A stretch of DNA of 64,000 nt. Origin: Candidatus Komeilibacteria bacterium (GTDB taxonomy: Bacteria; Patescibacteriota; Patescibacteriia; UBA1558; 2-01-FULL-52-15). The notes beneath the pieces were generated by a model, which worked only from the letters and a program-made list of their open reading frames with translations, was not told the DNA's origin and searched no databases. The DNA lies in the NCBI GenBank assembly GCA_043801745.1, contig JAZDLR010000010.1, forward strand, positions 10,509 to 74,508, read 5' to 3'. A program made the translations under genes and the position numbers. This document shows, one piece after another, positions 17,306 to 25,466 of this stretch. Within the stretch, counting starts at the first letter, position 1. Every line of letters starts with the position of its first letter.

Positions 17306-18072
17306 ATGCCTAAATAATTTAAGTACCACTGTAAAATCGGCTGACCATAGAGCAAGATGACGAAAGTGGCCAAGCTCAAGAAAGTGCCAAAAGGAATCTG
17401 CTGACCCCACTTTTTACGGCCGGCGATAATTAATATAATTCCCACAATACTGCCAACCACGTAGGCGATAAATAAAGCAACCAAAATTCCCGGCCAACCC
17501 AGCATAAGACCCATTAAACCGCCCAGACGGATATCACCGGCACCGATCCAAGTGCCGCGTGACAGTATATACTGTAACCAGAAAAAACCCGCCCCGATTA
17601 TGGCTGCCAGCAGCATACTGCTCCAACTGACTCCCAGAAATAAATTCAGAATAAATGCCATCACTGCTGCCGGATAAATAACCGCGTCCAGGATCAAATA
17701 ATATTTCCAATCAAAAACAAAAATTATTATCAGAAAAAGTGCGTAGATCATCCAGGTTACTGCCTGTAACCAAGCCTGAGCCAATCCCAACTCCACTCCG
17801 GCCACGCTGTAAGCAGCCACGAAAGCCACGGCCGTAGCCAGCTCCACCAACGGATATTGCCAAGATATCTTCTTCTGGCAATAACGGCAGCGGCCGCGTA
17901 AATAGAGCCAACTCAAGATTGGTATCAAATCCCAAGTCCCCAGAACTTTCTTACATTTCACGCATTTAGACCGTCCATGGACCCAACTTTCGCCCACATG
18001 CAGGCGGTAAATCACGGCATTAAGAAAGCTGCCGAAAATTAGCCCAAAAAGAAAAATAACCACATACATCAT
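17302..18072 (-). CDS. pilD: Prepilin peptidase (A24 family)
   Basis: N-terminus GSFLNAVIYRL, then tetracysteine CVKC...CRYC. Multi-span membrane protein, 256 aa. Confidence 0.85.
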   Translation of the reverse strand: MMYVVIFLFGLIFGSFLNAVIYRLHVGESWVHGRSKCVKCKKVLGTWDLIPILSWLYLRGRCRYCQKKISWQYPLVELATAVAFVAAYSVAGVELGLAQAWLQAVTWMIYALFLIIIFVFDWKYYLILDAVIYPAAVMAFILNLFLGVSWSSMLLAAIIGAGFFWLQYILSRGTWIGAGDIRLGGLMGLMLGWPGILVALFIAYVVGSIVGIILIIAGRKKWGQQIPFGTFLSLATFVILLYGQPILQWYLNYLGI

Positions 18073-18127
18073 GGTTATTATTATACCAGTTTTAACGGCT
18101 AACTAGAAGTGCCGCCGCTTGTTTGCA

Positions 18128-18242
18128 ATACCTCATCCCAACCTTCTCCTTGAAAAGGAGAAGGGGGTAGCGCGTGGCGGAAAAGAGCGACTAGCCATTA
18201 ATTTACGTCCCTCTCCTTTTCAAGGAGAGGACAGGTGAGGTA
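18128..18242. repeat. Inverted pair of a roughly 38-bp palindromic repeat element (copy A1 18128-18166, copy A2 18208-18242)
   Basis: A1 is tacctcatcccaaccttctccttgaaaaggagaaggggg. A2 is its near reverse complement (ccctctccttttcaaggagaggacaggtgaggtat). Each contains a ctcctt-N4-aaggag hairpin. Closely related to the pair at 20518-20653. Confidence 0.5.
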
Positions 18243-18283
18243 TTCTATGATACCAATCATCCCCGTTTCTTTGGTCCAATTAC

Positions 18284-18715
18284 TTAACTACAACTAATCT
18301 GATAATTCTCTTTAATTACGCAGCTTTTCTTGGAAACTCCAACTACCGGCCACTTACGCTGCAGCTTGAAACTAATCTGGTATCCCTGTCCATCGCTAGT
18401 ATACGTGGCTTTACCGGCCGTCACCTCTCCTAGATAATAAATAATGCCAGCACCTCCGTTGGAATTTGAAATGCCGCTATCATTAACAACCACACCCTGC
18501 CGCAGATCTAACCCAACACTTTCCGGATACCCGGCGTGCTGACCATAATATCTTTCCAAACCTGAAGCCAAGGAACTTAGCTGCGACATCAGAGTAATAT
18601 CCCGCACCCGCGTCTGTCCGGCAATAATAAAGCCCAGCCACACACCCAAGGTAACTATGATAATAGCACCCGCTACCATCTGAAATTTATATTTGTCCCA
18701 ATAATCCCAAAACAT
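18284..18715 (-). CDS. Pilin-like protein with non-canonical N-terminus (no G|FTLxE prepilin site)
   Basis: After an N-terminal transmembrane helix, TRVRDITLMSQLSSLASGLERYYGQHAGYPES matches the conserved pilin alpha1-C region (xxRdxxrxsdlxxlxxaLexYy...gxYP). C-terminal Cys pair. Last gene of the pilin array. Confidence 0.5.
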   Translation of the reverse strand: MFWDYWDKYKFQMVAGAIIIVTLGVWLGFIIAGQTRVRDITLMSQLSSLASGLERYYGQHAGYPESVGLDLRQGVVVNDSGISNSNGGAGIIYYLGEVTAGKATYTSDGQGYQISFKLQRKWPVVGVSKKSCVIKENYQISCS

Positions 18716-18781
18716 ATACTAAGTATAGCACAATAATAAAAGGCCCAGAATTTCTCCTAAGCCTTTTAAGTCAAGCGTGAA

Positions 18782-19264
18782 TTAAGTATTAGCAGGGATA
18801 TCATCTACTACCATCGGAAAGACATCTTGTCTACATCCACTTTCATCACACGCAAAACCGTCATCACCGGCCGCTGGATCATCTCCTCCTTCAGAAGCAT
18901 AGTAGTGGAACCTACCCTCAGATTGATTTGAGAGGGCATATCTTAACTGCCAAGTACCCTGCAAAGTTGGCCAGGTATTTCCCGGACCAGGAGTAGCACC
19001 AACGCACAAGGCATTACCGGAAGTCGGGATATCTGAGGTAGACCTCACACAAGCAGATGGGGTAGCAGTGTCACTACAATTCAAATTTCCATTACCATCT
19101 AAACACAGCACAACAATAGCTGCTAAGGAACTTAGAGATCCTTGAGCCTGCGCTGTCTGCGCTCTCTGACGGGCGCTATTTAAGTTAACAATGGCAATTG
19201 AGGACAGAATACCGATAATAGCAATAACAACCAATAATTCAATTAAAGTAAATCCTTTTTTCAT
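18782..19264 (-). CDS. Type IVa pilin (candidate major pilin)
   Basis: MKKGFTLIELLVVIAIIGILSSIAI. Cys pairs. Own extended -10 promoter and good Shine-Dalgarno (aagggggtg). Confidence 0.8.
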   Translation of the reverse strand: MKKGFTLIELLVVIAIIGILSSIAIVNLNSARQRAQTAQAQGSLSSLAAIVVLCLDGNGNLNCSDTATPSACVRSTSDIPTSGNALCVGATPGPGNTWPTLQGTWQLRYALSNQSEGRFHYYASEGGDDPAAGDDGFACDESGCRQDVFPMVVDDIPANT

Positions 19265-19364
19265 TCTGTCACCCCCTTTCTTGGACGGACCAAGAAGATT
19301 ACAATCTTGAGCTCAATGACTAGCGACTGTAGTTGCTTCTGATCACAGATAACTTATTAACACG

Positions 19365-19380
19365 ACTTATATTATAGCAC
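19365..19380 (-). promoter_or_regulatory. Extended -10 promoter (TGcTATAAT on the minus strand) for pilin 18782-19264
   Basis: Reverse complement of 19371-19379 is tgctataat. About 100 nt upstream of the pilin ATG. Confidence 0.4.
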
Positions 19381-19407
19381 AAAAAACTTATATCTTAAAT
19401 CACTAAC

Positions 19408-19845
19408 CTATGATGTTCCATCTCTGCAGCCATCCTGATCGCAGCTAAATCTAACAGTTCCGTCACCTATTCTACTCGCATCAACCCAAAATGTCCTCCT
19501 TAATCGATCCGATTCTATAGTGCCTATGTCCCATCCAACATTTGATAAATTCGGCCAAACTCCGAGATTGTGATTACCCATGCATATAGGCGCTCCAGGA
19601 ACGGCTCCGCTATCGCCCTCACACCACCTTTCATCACTGCCGTCAGGCTGGCTACCGCAATTCAGCTCATGATCACCATCCATACAGAGAAAAATTATCG
19701 GCACCAATGACGACACATCTGCTTTAGCCTGAGCATCTCTAGCTGCTTGTCTGGTACTGGTATAATTAATAATGGCTATGGCTGTTAATATACCAATAAT
19801 AGCTATTACAACCAGAAGCTCTATCAGGGTAAATCCTTTTTTCAT
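19408..19845 (-). CDS. Type IVa pilin
   Basis: MKKGFTLIELLVVIAIIGILTAIAI, Cys pairs. Confidence 0.8.
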   Translation of the reverse strand: MKKGFTLIELLVVIAIIGILTAIAIINYTSTRQAARDAQAKADVSSLVPIIFLCMDGDHELNCGSQPDGSDERWCEGDSGAVPGAPICMGNHNLGVWPNLSNVGWDIGTIESDRLRRTFWVDASRIGDGTVRFSCDQDGCRDGTS

Positions 19846-19869
19846 AATTTTTTAAAAATTTATTTTAGT

Positions 19870-19885
19870 AAGATTATTATAACAT
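19870..19885 (-). promoter_or_regulatory. Extended -10 promoter (TGtTATAAT on the minus strand) for pilin 19408-19845
   Basis: Reverse complement of 19876-19884 is tgttataat. About 30 nt upstream of the ATG. No Shine-Dalgarno. Confidence 0.4.
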
Positions 19886-19923
19886 ATTCAATGAGTCCTA
19901 GCGAGACCGGGAAACGACCCAGA

Positions 19924-20508
19924 TCACAAACTATTTTGACAATTATTACCACTGCAGCAACCTTTCTGGCTACAGGTATAAATATAGTCCGTGGCGCCCA
20001 CGCCTTGCTGCGCGCCAAATAAATATTCTCCATCTTCCGGAGCTGTCACAATAGGGGTGTAGTTCCAACCGGAACGCAAAACCGGCCAGGCAAAGCTGCC
20101 TATTTGCTCATAATCAGGAGTCCTCTTAATGCATAGAGGCGCACCCGGCGTTGGGGGGGTCGAAACACCGGAGTTATTACAAATTCCATCAGCGCCAATA
20201 AGAGGAGAGACGCAATTTAAATCACCGCCGCTATCCAGGCACATAATTGCCAGCGGTACCAGATTGGCGATAGATACTTGTATATTGGCCAGTTCAGCTC
20301 TTTGCCTGGCGGAGGTGAGATTGATAATCGCGATAGACGACAAAATACCGATAATCGCTATTACCACCAGTAGTTCTATTAATGTGAACCCCGTTACACT
20401 TTTACGGCGAACGTGTTTCTTGTTGTCAGGATAGAATATTGACGTGCTTTGATTAATCATATTTATGTTAGAAGAGTAAAAGTGTAACGGGGTAAATCCT
20501 TTTTTCAT
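19924..20508 (-). CDS. Type IV pilin with an unusually long (about 40 aa) or duplicated leader
   Basis: MKKGFTPLHFYSSNINMINQSTSIFYPDNKKHVRRKSVTGFTLIELLVVIAIIGILSSIAI. A canonical G|FTLIEL site follows a second MKKGFT-like start. An 18-nt inverted repeat in the mRNA encloses the extra leader. Confidence 0.7.
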   Translation of the reverse strand: MKKGFTPLHFYSSNINMINQSTSIFYPDNKKHVRRKSVTGFTLIELLVVIAIIGILSSIAIINLTSARQRAELANIQVSIANLVPLAIMCLDSGGDLNCVSPLIGADGICNNSGVSTPPTPGAPLCIKRTPDYEQIGSFAWPVLRSGWNYTPIVTAPEDGEYLFGAQQGVGATDYIYTCSQKGCCSGNNCQNSL

Positions 20509-20517
20509 AGATCTTTT

Positions 20518-20653
20518 ACCTCACCCGCCTTCGCCCTTCGTTGCGCTCAGGGCTTCGGTGGGCAGGCCTGTCCTCTCCTTGTAAAGGAGAGGAACGAAAT
20601 TTAGATGTGCATCCTCCCTCTCCTTTTCTAAGGAGAGGGTTGGGGTGAGGTAC
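20518..20653. repeat. Second inverted pair of the palindromic repeat element (B1 about 20518-20596 with an internal insertion, B2 20614-20653)
   Basis: B2 is ccctctccttttctaaggagagggttggggtgaggta, whose reverse complement is about 90% identical to A1. B1 contains tacctcaccc...cctgtcctctccttgtaaaggagagg. Confidence 0.5.
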
Positions 20654-20673
20654 TTAAAACATCGCCCCACAAA

Positions 20674-21882
20674 CTATTTAATAGCATTTGCCAGCTGGAA
20701 CATCGGCATCATCACAGCCATCACCATAAAAGCCACGCCAACACCCATAATCACCATAATTATCGGCTCAATTAAGGAGGTCAGACTAGATACTAAGGCC
20801 GTCACCTCACGGTCGTAAAAGGCGCTTAACCGTTCTAATATTTCATCAATCTTACCCGACTGTTCACCGATGGACATCATTTCCGCGACAATGTGCGGTA
20901 TAATTTTACTCTGCGCCATTACCGTGGTGATGGAATTACCGTCCTGAACTTCCTTAATAGTCTTTTCCAGAATATCGCGGAAAGCGGCGTTATCAACTAC
21001 TTCACTGGTAATCTCCAGGGCAGTAGAAATAGATACTCCTCCGCGGATCAAGGTGGATAAACTACGGCACATGCGCACAATAGTAATCTTCTGCACAATC
21101 ATGCCGAAAATCGGCAAACGCAATTTAACTTGATCCCAGGCTACCCGGCCCGGCTTACTCTGAATCCATAAACGCAAAATAATTAACGCTGCCAGAACAA
21201 CGATTCCCAGTGCCCACCAATAAGTTGCCATGAAGTTGCTAACCCCGATCAGCACCTTGGTTTGAATCGGTAACTGCGCCCCCGACTCTAATAACATAGC
21301 CGACATCTTGGGAATCACAAAAATCATCATGACCACGCCAACAACTATCAAACTCACGACTATAAAAGCCGGATAAACCATGGCACCTTTAATGCGGCTG
21401 GTCAGATCATAATCTTTCTCCATCTGGTCCGCCAAATAATTCAAAACTTCATCCAAACGTCCGCTAGTTTCACCGGAACGGATCATGGCCACGAAAAAGC
21501 GGCTAAAATATTTCGGGTGCTTGGCAAAGGCCTGGGAGATCTGCAAACCACCATCCACATCGTCAGCCATTTCCTTACACACCGCCTTGAGTTTGGGCTG
21601 CTCGGTCTGCGCGCTCAAGATCCGCAAAGCCGGTACGATCGGTACAGTCGCGGCTATCATTACTGACAACTGCCGGGCAAACATGACAATATCTTTCTGC
21701 CGGACAAACTTCAAACTTAAATTACTGATTCTGGCCTTGGTTTTAGTAGTCTGACGTAATTGCAGAACCACCAAATCTTTTTCGTTCAAGACTTCACTGG
21801 CCGCGGCTAAATTGGCCGATTCCACCACACCGCGGGAAATCACTCCTTGAGCGCTGATTGCTTTGTACTGAAATAGAGCCAT
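20674..21882 (-). CDS. pilC: Type IV pilus inner-membrane platform protein (GspF/PilC family)
   Basis: 402 aa with two GspF-type repeats and three transmembrane segments. Operon position between pilT-like and the pilins. Confidence 0.85.
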   Translation of the reverse strand: MALFQYKAISAQGVISRGVVESANLAAASEVLNEKDLVVLQLRQTTKTKARISNLSLKFVRQKDIVMFARQLSVMIAATVPIVPALRILSAQTEQPKLKAVCKEMADDVDGGLQISQAFAKHPKYFSRFFVAMIRSGETSGRLDEVLNYLADQMEKDYDLTSRIKGAMVYPAFIVVSLIVVGVVMMIFVIPKMSAMLLESGAQLPIQTKVLIGVSNFMATYWWALGIVVLAALIILRLWIQSKPGRVAWDQVKLRLPIFGMIVQKITIVRMCRSLSTLIRGGVSISTALEITSEVVDNAAFRDILEKTIKEVQDGNSITTVMAQSKIIPHIVAEMMSIGEQSGKIDEILERLSAFYDREVTALVSSLTSLIEPIIMVIMGVGVAFMVMAVMMPMFQLANAIK

Positions 21883-21885
21883 AAA

Positions 21886-22959
21886 TTATTTACTGGCCAT
21901 TAGTTGCAGCGTTTTGGGATCAATCGCCGCCTTAAGCGCGTCCTCCAGGCTAACCACTCCTTGCTTAACTAAATCGGCTAAATGCCGGTCCAAACTGATC
22001 ATACCATCCTGCCGTGAGGTCATCAGCACATTATTCAACTGATAAAAATTAGCATCCCTAATTACGCTCTTGACCGCCGGATTAATAGTCAGCAGCTCAT
22101 AAGCCAGGGCCAGGCCGCCGCCACTTTTTGGCACTAAGCGCTGGGCCGTGGCTACCAGGAGATTATTGGACAGAACTTCCCGGGCCCAGACAGATTCTTC
22201 CGGCGAAAAAGCGCTCATAAAGCCCTCCAGCGAAGAAATAACCGACTGGCCGTTCATGGCCGCGATTACCAGTTTGCCGCTTTCTACCAATTGCAGGAGA
22301 GCCTTTTCCTGTCCCGTTTCCGACATCTGACTGATAACAACTATTTCCACGTCATCATTAAGCGCCTCACTCATGCCTTCCAAAAAACTGACAACATCTT
22401 TGCCAACCTCGCGCTGGTCAATGATGGATTTATTATTAACCAATAAATATTCCACGGGTTTTTCCAGGGTCAAAATATGTTTACCTGACCGCTGATTGAT
22501 ATATTCCACCAGACTTAAAACTGTAGTCGTGCGGCCGGAATTATATGGTCCAATGACCAGAATTAAACCCTTGGTCTGATCAACGGCATTAATTATCACC
22601 GAAGATAAACCCATATCTTTCGGCAATTTAGGAGTGCTGGCCAGGACCCGCAGTGACAAAGCCGGGTAACCTTTCTGATAAAAAATTTGCACGCGGAAAC
22701 GCGCCCGGTTAGCCCAGGTATAGGTTGTGACTAAATCGTGTTCCTGTTGCAGCCTCTGCCAATCTTCCGGCGGAATTATGCTTTCCACCAACGATTTAAT
22801 AATGTCGGGATTAATCAGCTGATCACCGGCCTGCGTCACCAGTTGACCGCCGATCCGCATCACCGGATAATTGCCGACAGTTAAATGAATATCACTGGCG
22901 CGCTTTTCCAGCGCGTCATTAAGAATCTTATTAATGAATAAAGTTTCGGCACTGGACAT
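21886..22959 (-). CDS. PilT-like retraction ATPase paralog with all catalytic motifs degenerate (predicted pseudo-ATPase)
   Basis: Collinear with PilT (ASDIHL, ARFRVQ, HILT, DQREV, SGGG...YEL). Walker A is GPYNSGRTT (Lys->Arg). Asp-box is LEKPVEY (Asp->Lys). Walker B is DVEIVVISQMSE (Glu->Gln). His-box is AAMNG (His lost). Confidence 0.7.
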   Translation of the reverse strand: MSSAETLFINKILNDALEKRASDIHLTVGNYPVMRIGGQLVTQAGDQLINPDIIKSLVESIIPPEDWQRLQQEHDLVTTYTWANRARFRVQIFYQKGYPALSLRVLASTPKLPKDMGLSSVIINAVDQTKGLILVIGPYNSGRTTTVLSLVEYINQRSGKHILTLEKPVEYLLVNNKSIIDQREVGKDVVSFLEGMSEALNDDVEIVVISQMSETGQEKALLQLVESGKLVIAAMNGQSVISSLEGFMSAFSPEESVWAREVLSNNLLVATAQRLVPKSGGGLALAYELLTINPAVKSVIRDANFYQLNNVLMTSRQDGMISLDRHLADLVKQGVVSLEDALKAAIDPKTLQLMASK

Positions 22960-23336
22960 TATTTCAGCAAAATTCGCTTGATGCGGTCAACCACTTCTGA
23001 AGGCACAAAATGGGCTTTAATCAGATAATCCTCGGCTCCCAGACTAAGACAACGGTCAATGTGCTCTTTCTGACCGTAATTAGTCAGAACTAAAACCGGA
23101 ATATTTTTGGTCTCGGGATTTTTCTTCAATTCTTCCAGAACATCGAAACCGCTCATTATCGGTAACAGTAGATCCAACAGAATTAGATCGGGTTTTTCTT
23201 TGGTAGCTATCTTCAAGCCTTTAGCCCCGTCCATAGCCAGGTAAACCTGAAAGTTTTCCAATTCTAATTTGGTAGCGTACATCTGTACCAGGAAATCATC
23301 GTCTTCGACAATGAGAATGCGCTTCGGTGTAGTCAT
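22959..23336 (-). CDS. Stand-alone response-regulator receiver domain (CheY/PilH-like)
   Basis: ILIVEDDDFL...DLILLDLLLP...VLVLT...KAHF. Phospho-acceptor Asp context is conserved. 125 aa. Confidence 0.8.
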   Translation of the reverse strand: MTTPKRILIVEDDDFLVQMYATKLELENFQVYLAMDGAKGLKIATKEKPDLILLDLLLPIMSGFDVLEELKKNPETKNIPVLVLTNYGQKEHIDRCLSLGAEDYLIKAHFVPSEVVDRIKRILLK

Positions 23337-23358
23337 TGGTGTAATTCTGTTAACTTAA

Positions 23359-25113
23359 TTATAAATCACTTTCGCTAGCGCGGAGTACTTCTTCGACGGT
23401 GGTGATACCGAGTAGAGCCTTAATAATACCGTCCTGCTCCATACTAATGAAATTTTGATTACGTAAAGCCTTCTCCACCTTGGCTGACTCAAAACCGGTG
23501 GCAATATTTTCGCGCATTTCCTTATTGACATTAATCGCTTCCACAATAGCAATACGCCCAGCATAACCGGTGTCGGCGCAACGCACGCAACCTTTGCCGT
23601 GGAAAAATTTGAGCGCTAATCCTGACTTGAGTCCACCATAATATCCGCCCTCGGGAACTGTCTTCATCTTGTCGGCGATTTTCGTCAGCACATCTTCGGG
23701 AATCTTCTGTTCTTCGCGGCAATTATCACAGACTTTGCGGACCAAGCGTTGAGCAATGATGACATTAATGGTTGAAGACAATAAAAACGGTTCAACTTTC
23801 ATATCCATCAGACGCGGTACAGCACCCAAGGCACTATTGGTATGTAGGGTAGAAAGTAAAAAGTGGCCGGTCAGAGCGGCCTGAATACCCAAGGAGGCGG
23901 TTTCATTATCACGGATTTCACCTACCATGATAATATCCGGATCCTGACGCAGTAGAGAACGCAGACCATTAGCAAAGGTGTATCCTACCTCCGGACGGAT
24001 TTGCGATTGATTAACTCCTTTAACGTAATATTCCACCGGATCTTCCAAAGTCGTGATATTAATGGCATCGCGATTCAAAACAGCTAAGACAGCATACAAA
24101 GTGGTTGACTTACCTGATCCGGTCGGACCAGTAACCAGGAACATTCCATTAGGTTTCTTAATATTAGCCTCAGCAATTATTTTCTGATTGCCCATATAGC
24201 CCAGATCCTCCAACGTTGGCGGTTTATCCGGCGTAGCCAAAATACGCATCACCACCTTCTCATTACCGATTAAGGGAATAACCGAGATACGGAAATCAAT
24301 ATCTTTCTTATGTATTGTCAGGCGGATACGTCCATCTTGTGGCGCCCGCGTTTCATCAATTTTCAAATTGGCCATAACCTTAATGCGCGATACTAAAGCG
24401 GCGTGAACATAAATCGGCAAAACAATGGTAGTGTGCAAAATACCATCAATTCTATAGCGTACCCGGCTCTGATCCCCTACCGGCTCTACATGAATGTCGG
24501 ACGCGCGGCCTTCAATGGCGTGACGCAAAATGACGGAAATGATTTTAGTAACCGGCGCGCTTTTGATGACATCTTCTACTGCCCCACCTTCATCAAAATC
24601 TTTGATTTCTTGCTTGGGAGCAAAAATACCTTCCGCGATATCCAAGGCCTCACCCACTTCTTCACCCAGAGTCTCATACTGTTTCGCTGCTGCCCGGAAA
24701 CTATCGACGGAAATGATGTAATATTTGACTTTGAGGTTATTCTTGCGGGCAATAAACTCTGCTGCTTCCATTGCCTTCAGGTTGGTCGGATCCACCATAC
24801 CGGTTTTCATGAATTGCTCGTCGCGGTCAAAAACTACAATCTGATAATTTTCAGCAATATCGTGCGGTAAAGAATTCAGCATAACTGCCGGCACTACTTT
24901 ACCCACTAAATTGACATATTCCACGCCCAAGGCCGCACCTTTAAATTGTGTCCATTGTTCATCGGAAACAAATACTTCCCGCCGGATAGCCTTCTCCGCC
25001 TCACCCATAGTATTCAACGACTGAGCTGACCAGGCAGCGTGCTGCGGCTGGTCAATCAAATGTTGACTATATAACAAGTCAATAAGATGCTGAACCCGGT
25101 TATTATTGGGCAT
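23359..25113 (-). CDS. pilB: Type IV pilus assembly ATPase
   Basis: Walker A GPTGSGKSTT, Asp-box LEDPVEY, Walker B DPDIIMVGEIRD, His-box STLHTN, tetracysteine CDNC...CVRC. 584 aa. Confidence 0.9.
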   Translation of the reverse strand: MPNNNRVQHLIDLLYSQHLIDQPQHAAWSAQSLNTMGEAEKAIRREVFVSDEQWTQFKGAALGVEYVNLVGKVVPAVMLNSLPHDIAENYQIVVFDRDEQFMKTGMVDPTNLKAMEAAEFIARKNNLKVKYYIISVDSFRAAAKQYETLGEEVGEALDIAEGIFAPKQEIKDFDEGGAVEDVIKSAPVTKIISVILRHAIEGRASDIHVEPVGDQSRVRYRIDGILHTTIVLPIYVHAALVSRIKVMANLKIDETRAPQDGRIRLTIHKKDIDFRISVIPLIGNEKVVMRILATPDKPPTLEDLGYMGNQKIIAEANIKKPNGMFLVTGPTGSGKSTTLYAVLAVLNRDAINITTLEDPVEYYVKGVNQSQIRPEVGYTFANGLRSLLRQDPDIIMVGEIRDNETASLGIQAALTGHFLLSTLHTNSALGAVPRLMDMKVEPFLLSSTINVIIAQRLVRKVCDNCREEQKIPEDVLTKIADKMKTVPEGGYYGGLKSGLALKFFHGKGCVRCADTGYAGRIAIVEAINVNKEMRENIATGFESAKVEKALRNQNFISMEQDGIIKALLGITTVEEVLRASESDL

Positions 25114-25465
25114 TGGTCGTTGTGGAATTGGACGGCAAATTAAGCGGTAAAAAGGGATTATTCCGGCTATAGGCTCCGATTTCTATCGGAACAATAGCTT
25201 TATCTGATAGTTTAAGATATTGTTCATTATTTAGTAGCTTCTGCCATAAACCAGTGGAAGATAAATTATTAAGCGAGCGCTGAATCTGCGAATCAAAAGC
25301 CTGAATATTATTTATGGCCTGCTGTACCGGCTTCACCACCGGCGCCGAGCCCGAAGGCCAAGGTAAATTCAGACCCAAAGAATCACCGAAGCTGGAATAC
25401 AATATCCAGCCCGAAGCTATTAAGGCCAGCAATGAGATGACTAATAGGATTCTCTCTTTATTCAT
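25103..25465 (-). CDS. Small membrane-anchored hypothetical protein (possible PilP-like accessory)
   Basis: N-terminal transmembrane segment and operon position between pilO and pilB. No motif. Confidence 0.4.
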   Translation of the reverse strand: MNKERILLVISLLALIASGWILYSSFGDSLGLNLPWPSGSAPVVKPVQQAINNIQAFDSQIQRSLNNLSSTGLWQKLLNNEQYLKLSDKAIVPIEIGAYSRNNPFLPLNLPSNSTTTNAQ

Positions 25466-25466
25466 A

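Noticed and set aside
18245-18295. 16-codon mini-ORF (MIPIIPVSLVQLLNYN) with an AGGTGAGGT Shine-Dalgarno created by the palindromic element
   Set aside because: Too short and unsupported. Noted only as a by-product of the repeat terminus resembling a Shine-Dalgarno.
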